A DNA stretch of 63,269 nucleotides, filler included, from Rhabdomonas costata (GCA_019059605.1; 43 parts of 43 records of this genome joined end to end with filler, not necessarily neighbours in it), one strand, 5' to 3'; shown: positions 1 to 13,649, counted from the whole stretch's first letter. A program made the numbers and translations. The notes: generated from the letters alone by a model not told the origin.

Positions 1-1374
1 GTGTTGGGGGGGGCTGAACATGGGGACCTGGCTGGGTGTCAGCCGGCTCTCGCTGCGGTAGAGGATTCCCCCACACTCCACCACTGTTGCCGAGGATACG
101 GTACATATAATTGCCCCGGAGGGGAGCGCTGGGACGGGGTGGAGCTGCACCGCAGACACCAGCTGCTCCTGCTGCATCACTCCAGCACACAGTCCACACC
201 ACAGCAGCAGCAGCAGCACGGGAGACATCATTGTAGCAGAGCCCATCCTTTTTGACCCGTCACTCCCGCTAGCCAACTCCGCGGCACCCCTGGAAAGGAA
301 GCCCCACGATACGGGGAGAAATGATCAGAAAAGAAAGCAAAAGGCCCCAAGAAGGGATGTCTTTGCCTGCTCCCGTCAGGCAAGGGGAAGCGAAAGCTTT
401 CGACCACGATTGGGTTCTGAGGAAGGAAGTGAAAGAAAGACCATGTGCGGACTGGCAGCACATAATGCTCCCTCCCCCAGCACACGAGCAAACCACGGAA
501 ACATCCATCAGTCATAGTGAAATGGACGTGATGGAGAGCTCGACCAACGTATCGTTTAGGACAGTGACAGGCCGGGAAGTGTCTAGCTTGCGGGCGGCTG
601 TCCACACAGGAGTCCTATGCAAGCTCCAGCCAGTGAATCCCGTAGTTGGGATCACCGTTGTGAGGAGTCCGGGTACGACCAATGGGGCTACATTTATCTC
701 ATTCCTTCACAGGCTGCCGTGGCATTGCCTACACTTTGACTGTCGATGTGATTTTCGTGCAAACAGCTTTGAAATAAGCCAACAAAAATGAGGTGAACTA
801 ACCATCGCAGACCCATGACTGAAACAGCAGCTTGTCCGTGAATAAACACATTAGCATGCTGGCTGCTGAAGAACTGTGGCCTCGGTCTGGGTCAGCGAAT
901 GCCTCTTCGAGCCCACCAAATGAAAACAGCTCCAAATATACACAAAGCATTTGAGATCTCCGCCGGTCGTGCACGCCAACCATCCCACAACGCCGGCCAG
1001 TGTCCACATTTCCCCGAAAAAAGTCCTCGAGTGCTTCTTTCTCACTCCCTAACCGCCCACCTGCTTGGCTTTCCAAAACAGCTGGGACCGCAACCCTAGC
1101 CACTTCCTGCAACGGAGGCTTTAACTTCCAGCCAACCGTTTTTCCCGCTTTTTCCAAAAGAAAAACAATGCCAACTCAGCGTTGTAAACACCTCTTGTAG
1201 TGCACCTTCATTCTCCGTTTTAAGTCCGCGAGGAGGGGGGGGGGAGAATAAGAAAGCCGAGAGATAATGGGGGCGGCAAAAAGCATCCGCTATAACCATC
1301 TTGGGGTTATACGTTCCCTTTTGGCACTGTGGTTCTGAAGAGGTAGGGAGGGAGAGGCAGCCCAACCCCCAAAA

Positions 1375-1474
1375 NNNNNNNNNNNNNNNNNNNNNNNNNN
1401 NNNNNNNNNNNNNNNNNNTTAATTAATTAANNNNNNNNNNNNNNNNNNNNNNNNNNNNNNNNNNNNNNNNNNNN
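1375..1474. other. Artificial contig spacer (first of 42 identical spacers, about every 1474 bp; the last is 61797-61896)
   Basis: 44 N + TTAATTAATTAA (stops in all six frames) + 44 N, recurring between contigs of near-identical length. Confidence 0.99.
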
Positions 1475-4447
1475 TGTTTTTTGGTTTCTGCCTCCGGGAT
1501 CCCGCTCGTGGGTGATGGGAAGCTTTTTGTCATGTGCAGATGCAGTTTATGTCACTTCATGTTGGATGTTAATCAATGTAATGTGACAGTTGGCTTTATC
1601 CCCCCACAAAGGAAAGAGCAAAGGATCTTCGGGCGGTCTCCTCTGGGTTCACATTTGTGAGATGAGTCAGACCGAATGGCATACTCGTAGTGAATAGAGC
1701 TGACTTGGGACGTTAAGAAATCGAACCTGGTCACTGCCGCCCTTTCCACCTCGTGCTTACCTTCAGCGTTTATGCTTTTTCTTATCCTTCTTTTCAGTAA
1801 TATCAAATTTTTTTTCCCGGTTTTTGTACGTTGTATTGAGATATATTAATTCACTGTCCTTCGGAGTCTTCCCCGAACCCACCCTTCGCCTGCTGCATAG
1901 TCCACCCTTCACCAATTGCTTTCGGTGATTTCTCCCTTCCCCTGTGCTTCCTAAAATGGGCTCCGCATGCTCGAAGTCCTCCGTGGTTGCGCCGCTGTAC
2001 GCCGATGACGAGGCACGCGACTCGTAACCTCTTTTCCTGTTGGCTGACTTTCGTCCACTGAATAGTCTTTGACTAAATTGTGCTCTTCCAGTGAGTCTGT
2101 GAGTGAGCGCAGACTGGATGCAGGACTATTGCGGCCTTCGATCTCCATTCTTTGGATCCAGGGACAGTGGTTGCTGCTTTCAGGCTGCTATGTCGAAGAT
2201 TCCTTCAGCAACTATTCCCGTGATTGCAGTGATCCTGCGCCATCGGATTGGCTGGGTTCCGCTTAAATTCTCCTACCTTTTTGGCGTTGCCTTCTCTTCT
2301 ATCCCCTCCCCTTCCCCAGCGCCTCTCTCTTGACTAAGTTCAGTGGTTCAATGTGTCCTTCAGACAGCGCAAAGCTCTCGTTTCTGTGCACTGTCGTGAC
2401 GTTGCCCTACCGCTTCCTGATCGCAGTGTGGTTGGTCGGACGTCGCCGTTGAGCATTTGTAATTCAAAGGACTAATCATGGCTCTCGTACCACAGGACCG
2501 GTGGCGCGACGAGCTCTACGGTGCTGCATGCGATGCGGACGTCGCGTTGCTGCAGAATTGATCTCCGCTGGTTGCACCTCTCTCTGACTCTCTCTCCTTT
2601 TATGCATGTATGTGGCAGGAAACTGGAGATCTCGGACGCAAGCACACGCACCGTGCATAGTGTCAATCGCTCCGCAGATGCAACCTCGCCGCACATCGTG
2701 TACTCTGTGTCAAACCCCAGTCAAACACCCGTCTTATGTGAGTGCGACAGAATTTGGTCGAAGGTAGCGAAGAATGCGTCTGCGCTTCGACTGTCGGTCG
2801 AATGGGTGCTTCCGATGCATTTGATTAACATTTGCATACCCCAAAAAAANNNNNNNNNNNNNNNNNNNNNNNNNNNNNNNNNNNNNNNNNNNNTTAATTA
2901 ATTAANNNNNNNNNNNNNNNNNNNNNNNNNNNNNNNNNNNNNNNNNNNNCGCGCCACGGAACGAGAACACCCGGGCCGAGACATGATTGATCTGCGCGCA
3001 CCACAGAGAGACCCACCTGATATCAGATGTGGAGAGAGCTGCGCAAAAGCAAAAGCCGGTGCAGAGCCACCTTACCTGACCAATCATACAGACATCTTAA
3101 TATCCCATTTTTGATCACCTGGGGTATAGTTTCACACGCATCCCAATGATAAGAGGACCATTCGATAAGGGATAAACGAACCAGCTGCTCAATCAGTTCA
3201 CCAGCTGTCAGCCGTGGTGAAATTGGCAACTCCACCAATAGCACCCACCGTAGATATACTGGCACAGCGGGTCGAAACCACCCGTAGCGGCTAAAGCAGA
3301 GGTAATTAACTGCCTCGTCCGTTGCTCGTCTCTTGAGCGGTGTTTTGTGTCTCCTTCCTTTCTTTCTCCGACCTCCCATCTCCCATACCTTCTCACCGAT
3401 TTCCCCCATCCCACCACCCCCATTCTTTTTTCTAACATTTGCGCAGAAGTTGTCTGTGCATTACACTCGCCTGTGTTCACAGATTCTTCCGTTAACCCAC
3501 CGAGGCATAGGGACTCAGGACCGTCCGAAGCACAAGGAGGCCAACAACCCGTCAACTTGCAGTGCAACTACTCATCTTCCCTCGCCCAAGGGCTTGGCAC
3601 AGAAGTCCGGTTCGAAAATGTAATCCCCCCCATGGATTCAGCCTTGGCAGGAGCCAGGCGTTGGGTGGTCATTGGCTCACTTACTTTTCCATGAAGGGAA
3701 TCCCGAACGAATGCGGGACAGGACATATTCTTTCTTACATCGCACCACGTGTCCGCACACCCAGCCTTTCCCGGAAGCAAACCAGACCAATACCAGGCTT
3801 CCGTGGCTGTTGCGCTCACTGGGGGCGTCGGCGGGTTCGGACCCGCAGGCCTGGAGAGCGGTCGTCGGGTTGCGCCCGGAACACTGGTTGCCTCCGCTGC
3901 AGGCACTCCGGCTAGTCCGCCTTCCTGAACTGAGCACCACCGCACCACACATGAGCCAGTCACAACAGACAATCCTGATACCGAATATACTCTCCGAGAG
4001 GCTGAGTGGTGCAACATGGGGTGAAGCGGCGGGTGGGAACCCCACTGACCTTGGACCCATGACTCCGCACCGAGTTAGCTAGCTGATGACTTATCATACG
4101 GTATGTGTGACCATAATTTATCGCAAACCTGACCCCCAGCAAAGCTACTAACTATTGAAATTCCTTTACTTTGAGGTTCGCCGGAAGATAGTCTATTCCA
4201 CTGGTCGCAAGATAATATCGCGGTGGACACTTATTTGGCGAACTCAAAAAGTAGGATTGTGAGCAGTCTGGTGCACACCAAACACCAGTTTCTCCCCTGT
4301 AAAACTCCTGAAAACCCAAAACNNNNNNNNNNNNNNNNNNNNNNNNNNNNNNNNNNNNNNNNNNNNTTAATTAATTAANNNNNNNNNNNNNNNNNNNNNN
4401 NNNNNNNNNNNNNNNNNNNNNNGTGTTTGGGTGGGGGGGGGCATTAC

Positions 4448-5298
4448 CAGTTCATTCCACGCAGGGATAATGTTGCCCAGAGGGCAGCCGTTGGGGGTGG
4501 TCTGGCAGAACGGCACGCCACAGTCCATGCAGCGGGCGGCCTGGATCTTCAGCTCGTCCGGCTTGTGCCTGAGCACCACAGACATATGCAAGAGTCAAAC
4601 CGGGATACCCCTCCCGCGGCAAGCCCTTCCCACAACCCCGTTCACTATACAAACAAAGCAATGCACACCGCGCCGTGATCTCCTGGAAGTGCTTGATGCG
4701 GTCGAGCGGCTTGGAGTAAGGGTCAGACTTGCGCTGGTACTTCATGAATCTACGCCCCCAAAGCCACACATGCATTTTCAAAAAAAAACATACCCCCAAA
4801 CCCCCGCTTAGCAGTGGAGGCAGCTTTTGGGAAGTGACCGCCCAAATGATTGCTGACGATGATTGGCATATGAACTGCTTCACAGAGGCTCGCCGGTTTG
4901 CAAGTGAAAACCGCGACAGGAACGATGCAATGCCACTGCCAGCGACGGGCGAGGCAGGGGGTGTCCGTTAGACCTCCACAGGGGTAGGTTTCCCACAAAA
5001 AAATGCAGCCCACTGTCTGCTGCAGCGATAACGGTACGGATCCAAGGTTTCGGGAAAGAATTCAGAGCGCTGAGGGGAAAAGGAAGCCGTGGCTGGGGTG
5101 TGCAGCGAGCGAGGGAAGTGGTAAGAGAGACGGGAGTGAGTGCGTGCGGAGGGCGGACCCAGTGACGGTGGTGGGGTGTGAGTGGAGGGGTGAGCACACC
5201 CCCTCATCTTGTCCAGCTTGGTGATGTCCTCGATATCGACGACCTTCGGGGGCTCGGCAGGCTTCTTCATCAGCCGAGCCTTCGCTCGGGCGTCACGG
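4448..5298 (-). CDS. GLT1: NADH-dependent glutamate synthase, eukaryotic fused type, alpha/beta junction region; exons 5298-5200, 4749-4669, 4568-4448 (partial)
   Basis: Spliced translation [83 protein letters not shown] carries the GltD Fe-S motif and the upstream linker; both GTGTGC...AG introns keep frame. Confidence 0.95.
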
Positions 5299-6655
5299 CT
5301 GTGCAGCAAGCAACCATCTCCCACATACAGAGTGCCCACAAACAATCCAAGCAATGGCGCCCCACTGACTGACGCTGAGCTCCCTTCCAGCAGGTTTTGC
5401 TGAATGGAAGGATGCCATTCAGCGCTGCTATCAGCTCTATTATCGTAAATTGACAAATAAGCCTGGACACACTGGAGGGGGTGGGGGCCTCAAAAATGCC
5501 CAGAATGGATATGTGGATAATGGAACCCTTATCATGGATCCCGCTATGAAGTGGATGCAGGGATGCAGTCAGAGGCCGGGAGGCCACCAGCAAACTCAAC
5601 TCAGAAGTACCGCTTCCATCTAACCACCAAGTGCGGGCCCCAAACTGGCAGATCCAGCTCCATTACGATACTCGTGCCAGATCCAGATCTTCAGCTCTGG
5701 ACCCAAGGGCCCACTCATGACTATGAGGAATTATGAAGATGCGGCAGGTGCTCTCGAAATAAGTCACATTCCTGAACACACAGTGCCCCCCAAACCNNNN
5801 NNNNNNNNNNNNNNNNNNNNNNNNNNNNNNNNNNNNNNNNTTAATTAATTAANNNNNNNNNNNNNNNNNNNNNNNNNNNNNNNNNNNNNNNNNNNNTGTT
5901 GGTGGTCCCTGTCGGTGTTGTCGATGGGATATGACGTCCTTAGGCAGGAGCTGTTGCGCGGTTGAGGTTGGCCCCATGCATGCGTATGTGTGTGAAACCG
6001 TGGTGTGAATAAGAATGATGCTCGATGGGGACGATGAGGAATGTCCAGGTTTTGGAGTGGAATTGGGAGTCGGAGGGCACGGCGGTGAATGTGGGGATGC
6101 ATGGGCGTGAAGATTGCTTGATTGTTGGCTTTTCACGCTCACAGCTCATGGATGAATCTTGGAGCTTTGCACGGGGGCGTACATATGTATCGCTATTTGA
6201 GCCTCCAAACTTAGCCCACAGTGGTTCCAGGGGTGTTTAGAACGTCCTCTGTCGACGACGCTTGGTTTCACTGTAGTGCTGCTCTTGCGATGGACAGTTA
6301 TTGTTCGTCTGACCTCAAAAAGGCACAACCCAAAGGAGTGCACTCCAAAATCAGGCATTTTGGACTGCGAAGAGAGAAAGGGGTGAGGCAAAAGCTACCT
6401 ATTTGATGCTTTTGCTTCATTCCCACTTGCTTTTTGGTGTGTCTTCCCTACCTCTAACATTTGAGGTGGGGTAGACGCGTGCCATATTAGCCCCCCACCC
6501 TTTCTTCATCACCGAAATTCCTCCATAGCAGACTCACCAGGGATTAGCAAAGCGCGAATCCACAGGCATTCTCTCCAGGGCTCGTCTTCCTTTTTTTTGG
6601 GGTGGTGGTGGTCTCTTTCTGGGCCTTTTGTTCGTGTGTATGTATGTGTGTGAAG

Positions 6656-6788
6656 ATATTACCGGGACGCCCGAGTGACGGAGATCTACGGTGGCACCTC
6701 CGAGATAAACCACCTGGTGATTGCCAATGACATCCTGAGAGAGTACGCTCGCACCGTGGTGGCGATGCCCCCCCCACCGCCTCACTAG
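6656..6788 (+). CDS. Acyl-CoA dehydrogenase, terminal exon
   Basis: After AAG acceptor: [30 protein letters not shown]...*, matching the ACAD C-terminal motif RDARxxxIYxGTSEI. Confidence 0.9.
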
Positions 6789-7370
6789 CCTGCTGCGCTC
6801 TTGTGCGCGAGCTGACGGAGAAGGTAAAGATAAGAATCAAGAATGAAGAAATCCGTGTCTTGCTTCGATGGGAGTGGGGTGGACTCCAAATGTACAATAG
6901 AGATCCCACCTTTCCAATGTTTACCACGTGTGTGTGTCTGTGCGGGCTGTGTGTTGCCTCTTTATTGACAGAGTTTTTCCCGATTCCCGTGTCTCGCTCC
7001 CCCCGTCACTCGTCTCACATCTTTCTCGAGTTGGCTTTCCTTCCCAACAACGAAGGAGAGGGAGGGGGGCTGACGACTTGTGCTCGAGGGCGTGTGCTCG
7101 TTCGTTCTGGTTCTTTTTTCTTTCCCCTCTCACGGCTTTGGAGCGATTTGGGAGGGATTCGCTTTCCATTAGAAACACTCCCCCACAGACATATGCAGAG
7201 GACCACATTATACGCCCCAAGTGAACGGATTTCGTTTTGCCTTCAGATCCCTTCACACGCACCCCCCCACNNNNNNNNNNNNNNNNNNNNNNNNNNNNNN
7301 NNNNNNNNNNNNNNTTAATTAATTAANNNNNNNNNNNNNNNNNNNNNNNNNNNNNNNNNNNNNNNNNNNN

Positions 7371-8190
7371 GGGTTTTGGGAACCAAGGAGAGGGACTGGG
7401 TGCCGTACGGAGTTCCTGTCTTTATTGAGGACATGCGATTCAGGTAGCACGCAGGGCTGTTTCCCATCATTGGAGAGGTTGCATCAGTCATCTTCTTCAT
7501 CCGCATTTTTTCACCGGAGATGTGTTAAAGACAGCAAAGTCGCGAATTTGAGCGCATTTCTCCACTCACTCATTCGGTTCCGTTTTTAATAGAAAGGTTT
7601 GTGGATTACCGCTGTCTTCTCGACACGGAGGTGGGGTGGTCATCTTCCTGATACCTTTTCCGTCTATGTCACTTTGGGCTCGGGCGCTTTCGCATCTTCT
7701 GCTCTCTTTTTGCAGCCCAACGCCGCTGCAGCACATCCGCCGGCCGATGCCTGAGCACCTGAGGCGTAAGGAGCCCGAGCCAGGCCAGAGAGTGAAGTCC
7801 CGCCGCCGCAAGGCCCCCCGGTTCGAAGAGCTATTCGTGCGCCCCAACGCGGTCTTCCGAGTCGACGGGATGCAGCTCCTGCTTCACCTCCTGCAGGCCG
7901 AGGTCAGCCCGGAGATCTACCGGATCCTCGACACCACTCCAGCCGCAGCCCGCGTGGCGTTTCAGACCGCGGAGGGCGCCCTGGAGGCTGTGAAAAGGGG
8001 AAAGATAGAGATCTTCGGCAGCGCTGTGGAGGTGGTAGGGCTGTCGAAGTCCTCGTTCTGGCGCTCACTGAGGCGTGCAGAGAAGTCCCGTGTAAAAGCT
8101 GTGGAGAAGGCCTCCCAGGAGTCCCGCCAGGAAAAGCGAGCGGCAAGGCGCCAGCACGAATTCGAGAACTATGTCAACTCCGCATTGTGA
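7371..8190 (+). CDS. Hypothetical protein, last two exons (about 7371-7443 and 7717-8190)
   Basis: DWVPYGVPVFIEDMRF-S-PTPLQHIRR joins in frame across a GT-AG intron; GC3-rich codons; ends at TGA 8190. Confidence 0.6.
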
Positions 8191-8844
8191 TACTGTGAAA
8201 CTGGGAGTAGCTTACTTACTGGCGAAGCTGGCACGCGGGGGCGCAGATGGATTTTAAGTTTTCGCAAGCTTCCTTCTTCACTTCTGCGGTGCTCCGTCAT
8301 GCGTTCATCACGTGGAAAAGCATGTATTTGTCAGCACCAAACAAGCGAATCAACAAAATGCCCCGCACTCTAGCAGTAGAATGCAAGATGCAAGTGTCGG
8401 TTTGTTGTTGATCAGGCCACCGTAGCTCAGCGCGTAGGATCTGGCAGTGTCCAAGTGCGTTTCCCATGCTCCCTGCTGTTAGACGTGTTCCTGTGCCTGT
8501 GTGCGTTGTGAGAGTCCGGCACTCCCGGCGGCTATACCCGCCCCCACCCTGTTGTATCTTTTGGGGTGGAGGGAGCGTTTAACGTTCAACACCGTTAAAC
8601 AGTCGGAATCTTTTAAACCTAAAAAAATCGGCATCTAGGGGACAGTAGAACAGTTACCCTAACCCCCCCCCCATGCTGACCGTTTAACGCTGTTTACCGT
8701 TTAACACCATTTTAACAGCAAAGACAACTTTTTGCAACAACCCCNNNNNNNNNNNNNNNNNNNNNNNNNNNNNNNNNNNNNNNNNNNNTTAATTAATTAA
8801 NNNNNNNNNNNNNNNNNNNNNNNNNNNNNNNNNNNNNNNNNNNN

Positions 8845-9709
8845 GTGGGGTGGTGTACGGGTTGGGGATCCCACTGGCTGCCGTGGTGGTCGTTCACCTC
8901 TATATGCTCGTAACAGGTACTGTTTGTTCGTGAGTGAGAGCGAGAGGGAGAGAGACGCCACAGGGGCCTGAGAATGGAGGCTGGTGGGGCGCTCACCTCC
9001 CTTCCGTACCGAACAAAGTGAGGAACAAACGTAGTATAGTGTCGGGTTTGGTGTGCAAGGTCAAGCAGAGCGCCTCTGTACATGTGCGTATGTCTGTGTG
9101 TGTGTGTGTGCGTGTGTGCGTGTGTGCGTCTGTTCTACGAAGTAATGTCCCACATAGTAGTGCTCTACAAAGTTTTGGGAGGTGGCTTTTTGACCCATCC
9201 CCAGGAGATGGTGGGGAAGCAACGCGCGTTTTTGTTGGGTATGGAACGAAGCGCGCGTCTGGTCTGGAAATTTGTGCCTTATTCCGCCTTGTTTTTGGGA
9301 AAACCTCGATTCGACCGTTTTTAACTTCCATTGAAAGTTTTTTTTGCCAACGTTTTTCTTTTGAGCGCTGTAACGGGTCTCACATGGGTCAAAGGCGGGT
9401 TCATCTGGGTCATCGACTTCCGGAAATCCCTAGTTTACGTTTTTGAGCTCGCGGATGCTCAATTGCGTGGGCTTTTCGTGGGTTTGCACGGGCCGACGCG
9501 TTTCGGCTTCTGTTTACGCACTTATCGTCATTCAACCTGCTGGCAATGGATGATATGCCTTTCCCAGACCGCATCATGGCGTTTAAGGTCTTCACCTTCC
9601 TCATGGCCGGGTATCGCAAGGAGCGGTGGTTCTGGGAGGCCGTGGTGATGCTGCGCAAGATGGCTATGGTGTTTATCATAGTATTCATCACCGACCACAA
9701 GCTGCAGAT
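8845..9709 (+). CDS. Multi-pass membrane protein of the protist FLxxGYxxxxWxWExVxxxRK (TRP-like C-terminal) family; exons about 8845-8915 and 9568-9709
   Basis: VVYGLGIPLAAVVVVHLYMLVT|DRIMAFKVFTFLMAGYRKERWFWEAVVMLRKMAMVFIIVF; phase-1 GTACTG...CCCAG intron. Confidence 0.8.
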
Positions 9710-10520
9710 GTATGCTACCCTCCCCGCCCTTCTTTTTTGTCGGGCTGAGACAGTTTCATGCTTACAGCTGACAGCACCTATTTGGACCCCTCCCCAATTC
9801 TCAGAATAGCGAAGGCTACTCACAGCTGAGTCGTGAACGCAGTTCGTGAACGCAGTTCAGGAGGTGGGCAGCGGCCGCAGGACGGCCTGCAAGGCCCAGC
9901 GGTGCCCACTCATACATCCGAGGGAGGATCACCCGGAGAGAAACCTTTGCAGAGATGCTGCCGCTGCGCAGAGGAAGCACCCAAGAAATTATAGCTGCTG
10001 ACGCAATGGGTGAAGAGCCACTGAAAAGGCAGCCCCAAGGCAGGGAGGATCCAGCTGAAGAGGGAAAGAAGACGAAGAACTACACAAAAACACAAAGAAG
10101 AGGCAGCATCCTGCAGATATCGCTGCTGCCGGTTCACACATCCGACGGAAAGCTCAACAGTGTGCGTTTCAATAATAGAAAAACCCAGCCCCGCACTCCC
10201 TCCCCCAAAAANNNNNNNNNNNNNNNNNNNNNNNNNNNNNNNNNNNNNNNNNNNNTTAATTAATTAANNNNNNNNNNNNNNNNNNNNNNNNNNNNNNNNN
10301 NNNNNNNNNNNGTGGGGTGTTTGCTCAGAAGCGAAGAAAGGCGGCCCAGCTAAAGGAAGTTCTTCAAAAAAAAAGTAAGTAAGAACGAAAGGAAAGAAAG
10401 GAAAGAAAGAAAGAAAATAAGTAACAAAACTGCAAACTGGTTAATACCCATGCACAGATCGAGAGGAGAACAATGGCAAGACTGGGGTGCACAGGCTAGG
10501 AAAAACGAAGGGGGGTGCAC

Positions 10521-10583
10521 CTTGGAAATTTTCCAGGCAAGGGCGTGCTCGCGCCCACCCGAGCCTATCACCAAAACGTTCAT
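10521..10583 (-). CDS. purD: Phosphoribosylamine-glycine ligase (GARS), first coding exon
   Basis: MNVLVIGSGGREHALAWKISK is the GARS N-terminal signature, followed by an AAG|GTGCAC donor. Confidence 0.93.
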
Positions 10584-12563
10584 CGTGGGGGAGGTCGGTA
10601 AAGGGTACGGGCACTGGCAAAGCGCCGGACTCCAAAGTCAAAGGTGCGAAGCACCCCCAAAGTGCGGGAGAGGAAGAGATTATTCTATGCGGTGTATGCA
10701 CCCACCGAAGAGCTTTCCAGAAACAAAAGAGACAAGGGCGGCGAGCAGCACAGAAGGGAGGGAAAAGCACTGCCAGCAGACAGAAAGCAAGCACTCACTA
10801 TCTCTCATTTACGCGAGAGAGATGAATTCCGCATTAGAAAGCATTAGATTCCCAGAATGGATTAAGCATTACCTCGTTTTCCACTGACAAGTGATTAGAA
10901 TTCATTCCAATCAATCCAACTCACGATTTGGTAGATACGAGATGAGACAGCAATCTCGGGGGAGACCCGAACTAAAGTTACCGCCCCATTTCAAGCCGCC
11001 GGATAACGAACACGAGTACTCTTCCCCGGCAAACGCGCTGTGCCAAAAGCCACAGTGTGAGGCATGGGGGAATAGTCGCAAGGGGGTGTGGGAGAGCGGG
11101 CTTCCGTCGTCCATGATGCCGCAGCGCATCTCGAGCAAACCCGAAAGTCAACTGTGTTGACAAACACAGCCCGCGCCCACACCGACAAGGAGGTGAAATC
11201 GCAAGGAACACGGAACAGGAAATGCAGGCAGGCAGGCAGGAAGCTGAAGGGAGGAAGAGAGGGTACGAAGGATGTGCACCACAACAAAAGCACAAAAGAA
11301 AGAGGCACCAGCGCGGAGGTGGAAGGGGAGCCGTCCAAGCAACTTCGGCCGCACCTTTATGAAGAAAGAGCGGTCAACGTGGCAGCAGGGTGGATGCCCT
11401 TCATGGGAAATCCATCCCCCCACTTCCGGCACTGTTCGCCTCAAAAGTGGTGCATCGGGCAGAAGGAAAAGAGAAGACAACAGTGGAAGGAGGGGACAGC
11501 GACCCCCCCCCCTCTCACTGGAGGACGAAAGGCCCAACCTCATCATTCTCACTGATGTGCACAAGAAGTATGTTTCTCTCAAAAGGAAACCAAAAGAGAT
11601 ACAGTAATAAGTCTGCAGCTGGGAACCCCAAGAGGAGGGAGGAAGGATTCAGACTCGGGGGTGGAGGCCACACCACACNNNNNNNNNNNNNNNNNNNNNN
11701 NNNNNNNNNNNNNNNNNNNNNNTTAATTAATTAANNNNNNNNNNNNNNNNNNNNNNNNNNNNNNNNNNNNNNNNNNNNCCCTCTTTCTGCATCTGAATGG
11801 AGAACTCAAGGAGCCCTGTGGAGTCTCTTTCTTCAGGCGGTGACCTGCCGTCTCGGACCACCGGGTTTGTTTCTTCGAAAGAATTCTACCAGCGTCAGCG
11901 GAACCGCCTGTGTCGCCGTGCTGTGAGGGAGTCTGCTGAAAGAGGGAAAAGAAAGAAAATCGTCTTGAACAATGCGTATCGTCGAAGAAGTTCTTTTGCT
12001 AAATATAATTTTGATCATATTCATTGTGGTGAATTCGGTGTACTCCCATTGCAGCCAAGCTCCATGACATTTCGTTGTTTAAATAGCGATTTGGATAAAT
12101 GGGTTCTGCTCATTAGAAGGCCAAAAATGGCACCCTTTTAAACGAACGGTTCGCAATGTCTCCGTGGCATGATCCTGATGGGATAGAAGGCAGGGTTTGG
12201 ACACAGGGACAGGAATTCACAACAAGGCAACAGCACAGGGAAAACTATGAACGCTGTTCCTGGCGTAGGATGACACCAAATGTGTCGGAGAACACGACAA
12301 AGTCAACATGGATGTTCTCGGAACCAGCCGAGTCAGAGGTAGGTCAACACCCGTGGGCAGACAAGCTGATCGTCCCAAAAGACCAAAAAACGTTTAGCAC
12401 TGCTAAACGTTGACCAGTATTAGTTGCCCGCTTCACGGGCAATAGGTACGGTCCCACTGCATGTCAAATCTGTCTGTGAGGACAGAGGTGCGGATTCTCA
12501 TATGCCAGCCCTCCCTGCCAATGGACACCAACAAGTGGGGAAAGTTCAGCAGCACCGTGGTGC

Positions 12564-12901
12564 TCAGTGGCCGAGCAAGTGCTCCCGCAGCGTATCCATT
12601 GTGTTGAGAGCGGTAACAGGAACCCATGTCACGGGGCCCTTGCGAGGAAAATACAGAGCAGACGGCAGCCCACCAATACCAAGGCGCTGACACAGCATAG
12701 TATCCTGCTGACTGCGATCACAGTACACAGCACCCAGACGCAGCTTTCTCAGAGCAGATGAAGCACTCTTGGGTTTGGGTGGTAGCGCTGCCATGGCACG
12801 GGCCAGGACCTTCAGCCCACCAACAACCCGTCCGCAGTCCGGGCACCATGGATGGCTCCTCAGGAAGGTCACCAGCCAGGGCTTCCTCCTGGGCTCCACC
12901 T
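12564..12901 (-). CDS. Thioredoxin-fold domain, terminal exon
   Basis: KPWLVTF..HPWCPDC (CxxC)...LGAVYCD...LCQRLGIGGLPSALYF; CACAG acceptor. Confidence 0.8.
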
Positions 12902-13649
12902 CTGTGGAGAACTGTGAGAAAACGTCGCCGTAAAACTTCAAACCACTTCTGCGCAGCAATTTTTTCGTTTTATGAACATTACACAATTCGTGACATTCTG
13001 CTTCCAGCACACAAGAGTATGTCAAAATTGAGCGATTTATGGTAAGTGGACATCGTACGTTCAAGGAAGAAAACACACTGTTACAGGAGTGAGAGGCTTC
13101 ATGACGTGCAATCGTGTGATTGCAAATTGAATTCTGCTCCTTCACAAACCACNNNNNNNNNNNNNNNNNNNNNNNNNNNNNNNNNNNNNNNNNNNNTTAA
13201 TTAATTAANNNNNNNNNNNNNNNNNNNNNNNNNNNNNNNNNNNNNNNNNNNNGGGTGGTGGGGGTATTGGGGAAGTGAGTGGATATCGCAATTCGATTAT
13301 TTTGCGTCTGCCCCGCGTATCGTATGTCGTATTTCGTTTTTGCGAATTCTCTCGCTCTTCCTGCCTTTCGTATCCCTTCCATCTATCGGTGCTGATTCCA
13401 CTGTGGATGGTCGGTTTATAATCCGCCGTCGCACTTTTGCCTGAGTGGCACTGTTGGCTGGCGCCTTTGTTACAGTGGTTGATGTGAGAGCCTACATCCT
13501 CTGTGAGGAGCAGTCGCAACATCTGTCACCTCTAGTTCGAGTCTATAATCTGGACAAGTTCTGTAACGAGATGTAGTGGATGCCCAGACAGGTTCCCCCG
13601 CAAGGTTTGCTCATTCCCGGTTTTCTCTCCGCGGTGGTGCCGTCCTCAG

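Noticed and set aside
1375-1474. Regularly spaced TTAATTAATTAA as a CRISPR-like or biological repeat
   Set aside because: Embedded in N runs; it is a synthetic six-frame-stop linker. ORFs ending in X...LIN are artefacts of it.
1570-2330. Decayed tyrosine-recombinase or other transposon ORF on the minus strand
   Set aside because: Multiple stops and no unambiguous motif; cannot be supported without a search.
3560-4082. Non-LTR zinc-knuckle remnant (ECGTGHILSY)
   Set aside because: The motif is incomplete and too weak to call.
8916-9567. Possible non-AG acceptor or euglenid nonconventional intron
   Set aside because: Resolved by the canonical TTTCCCAG acceptor at 9567. Every intron I could anchor at both ends is GT-AG or GC-AG, so no nonconventional intron is supported.
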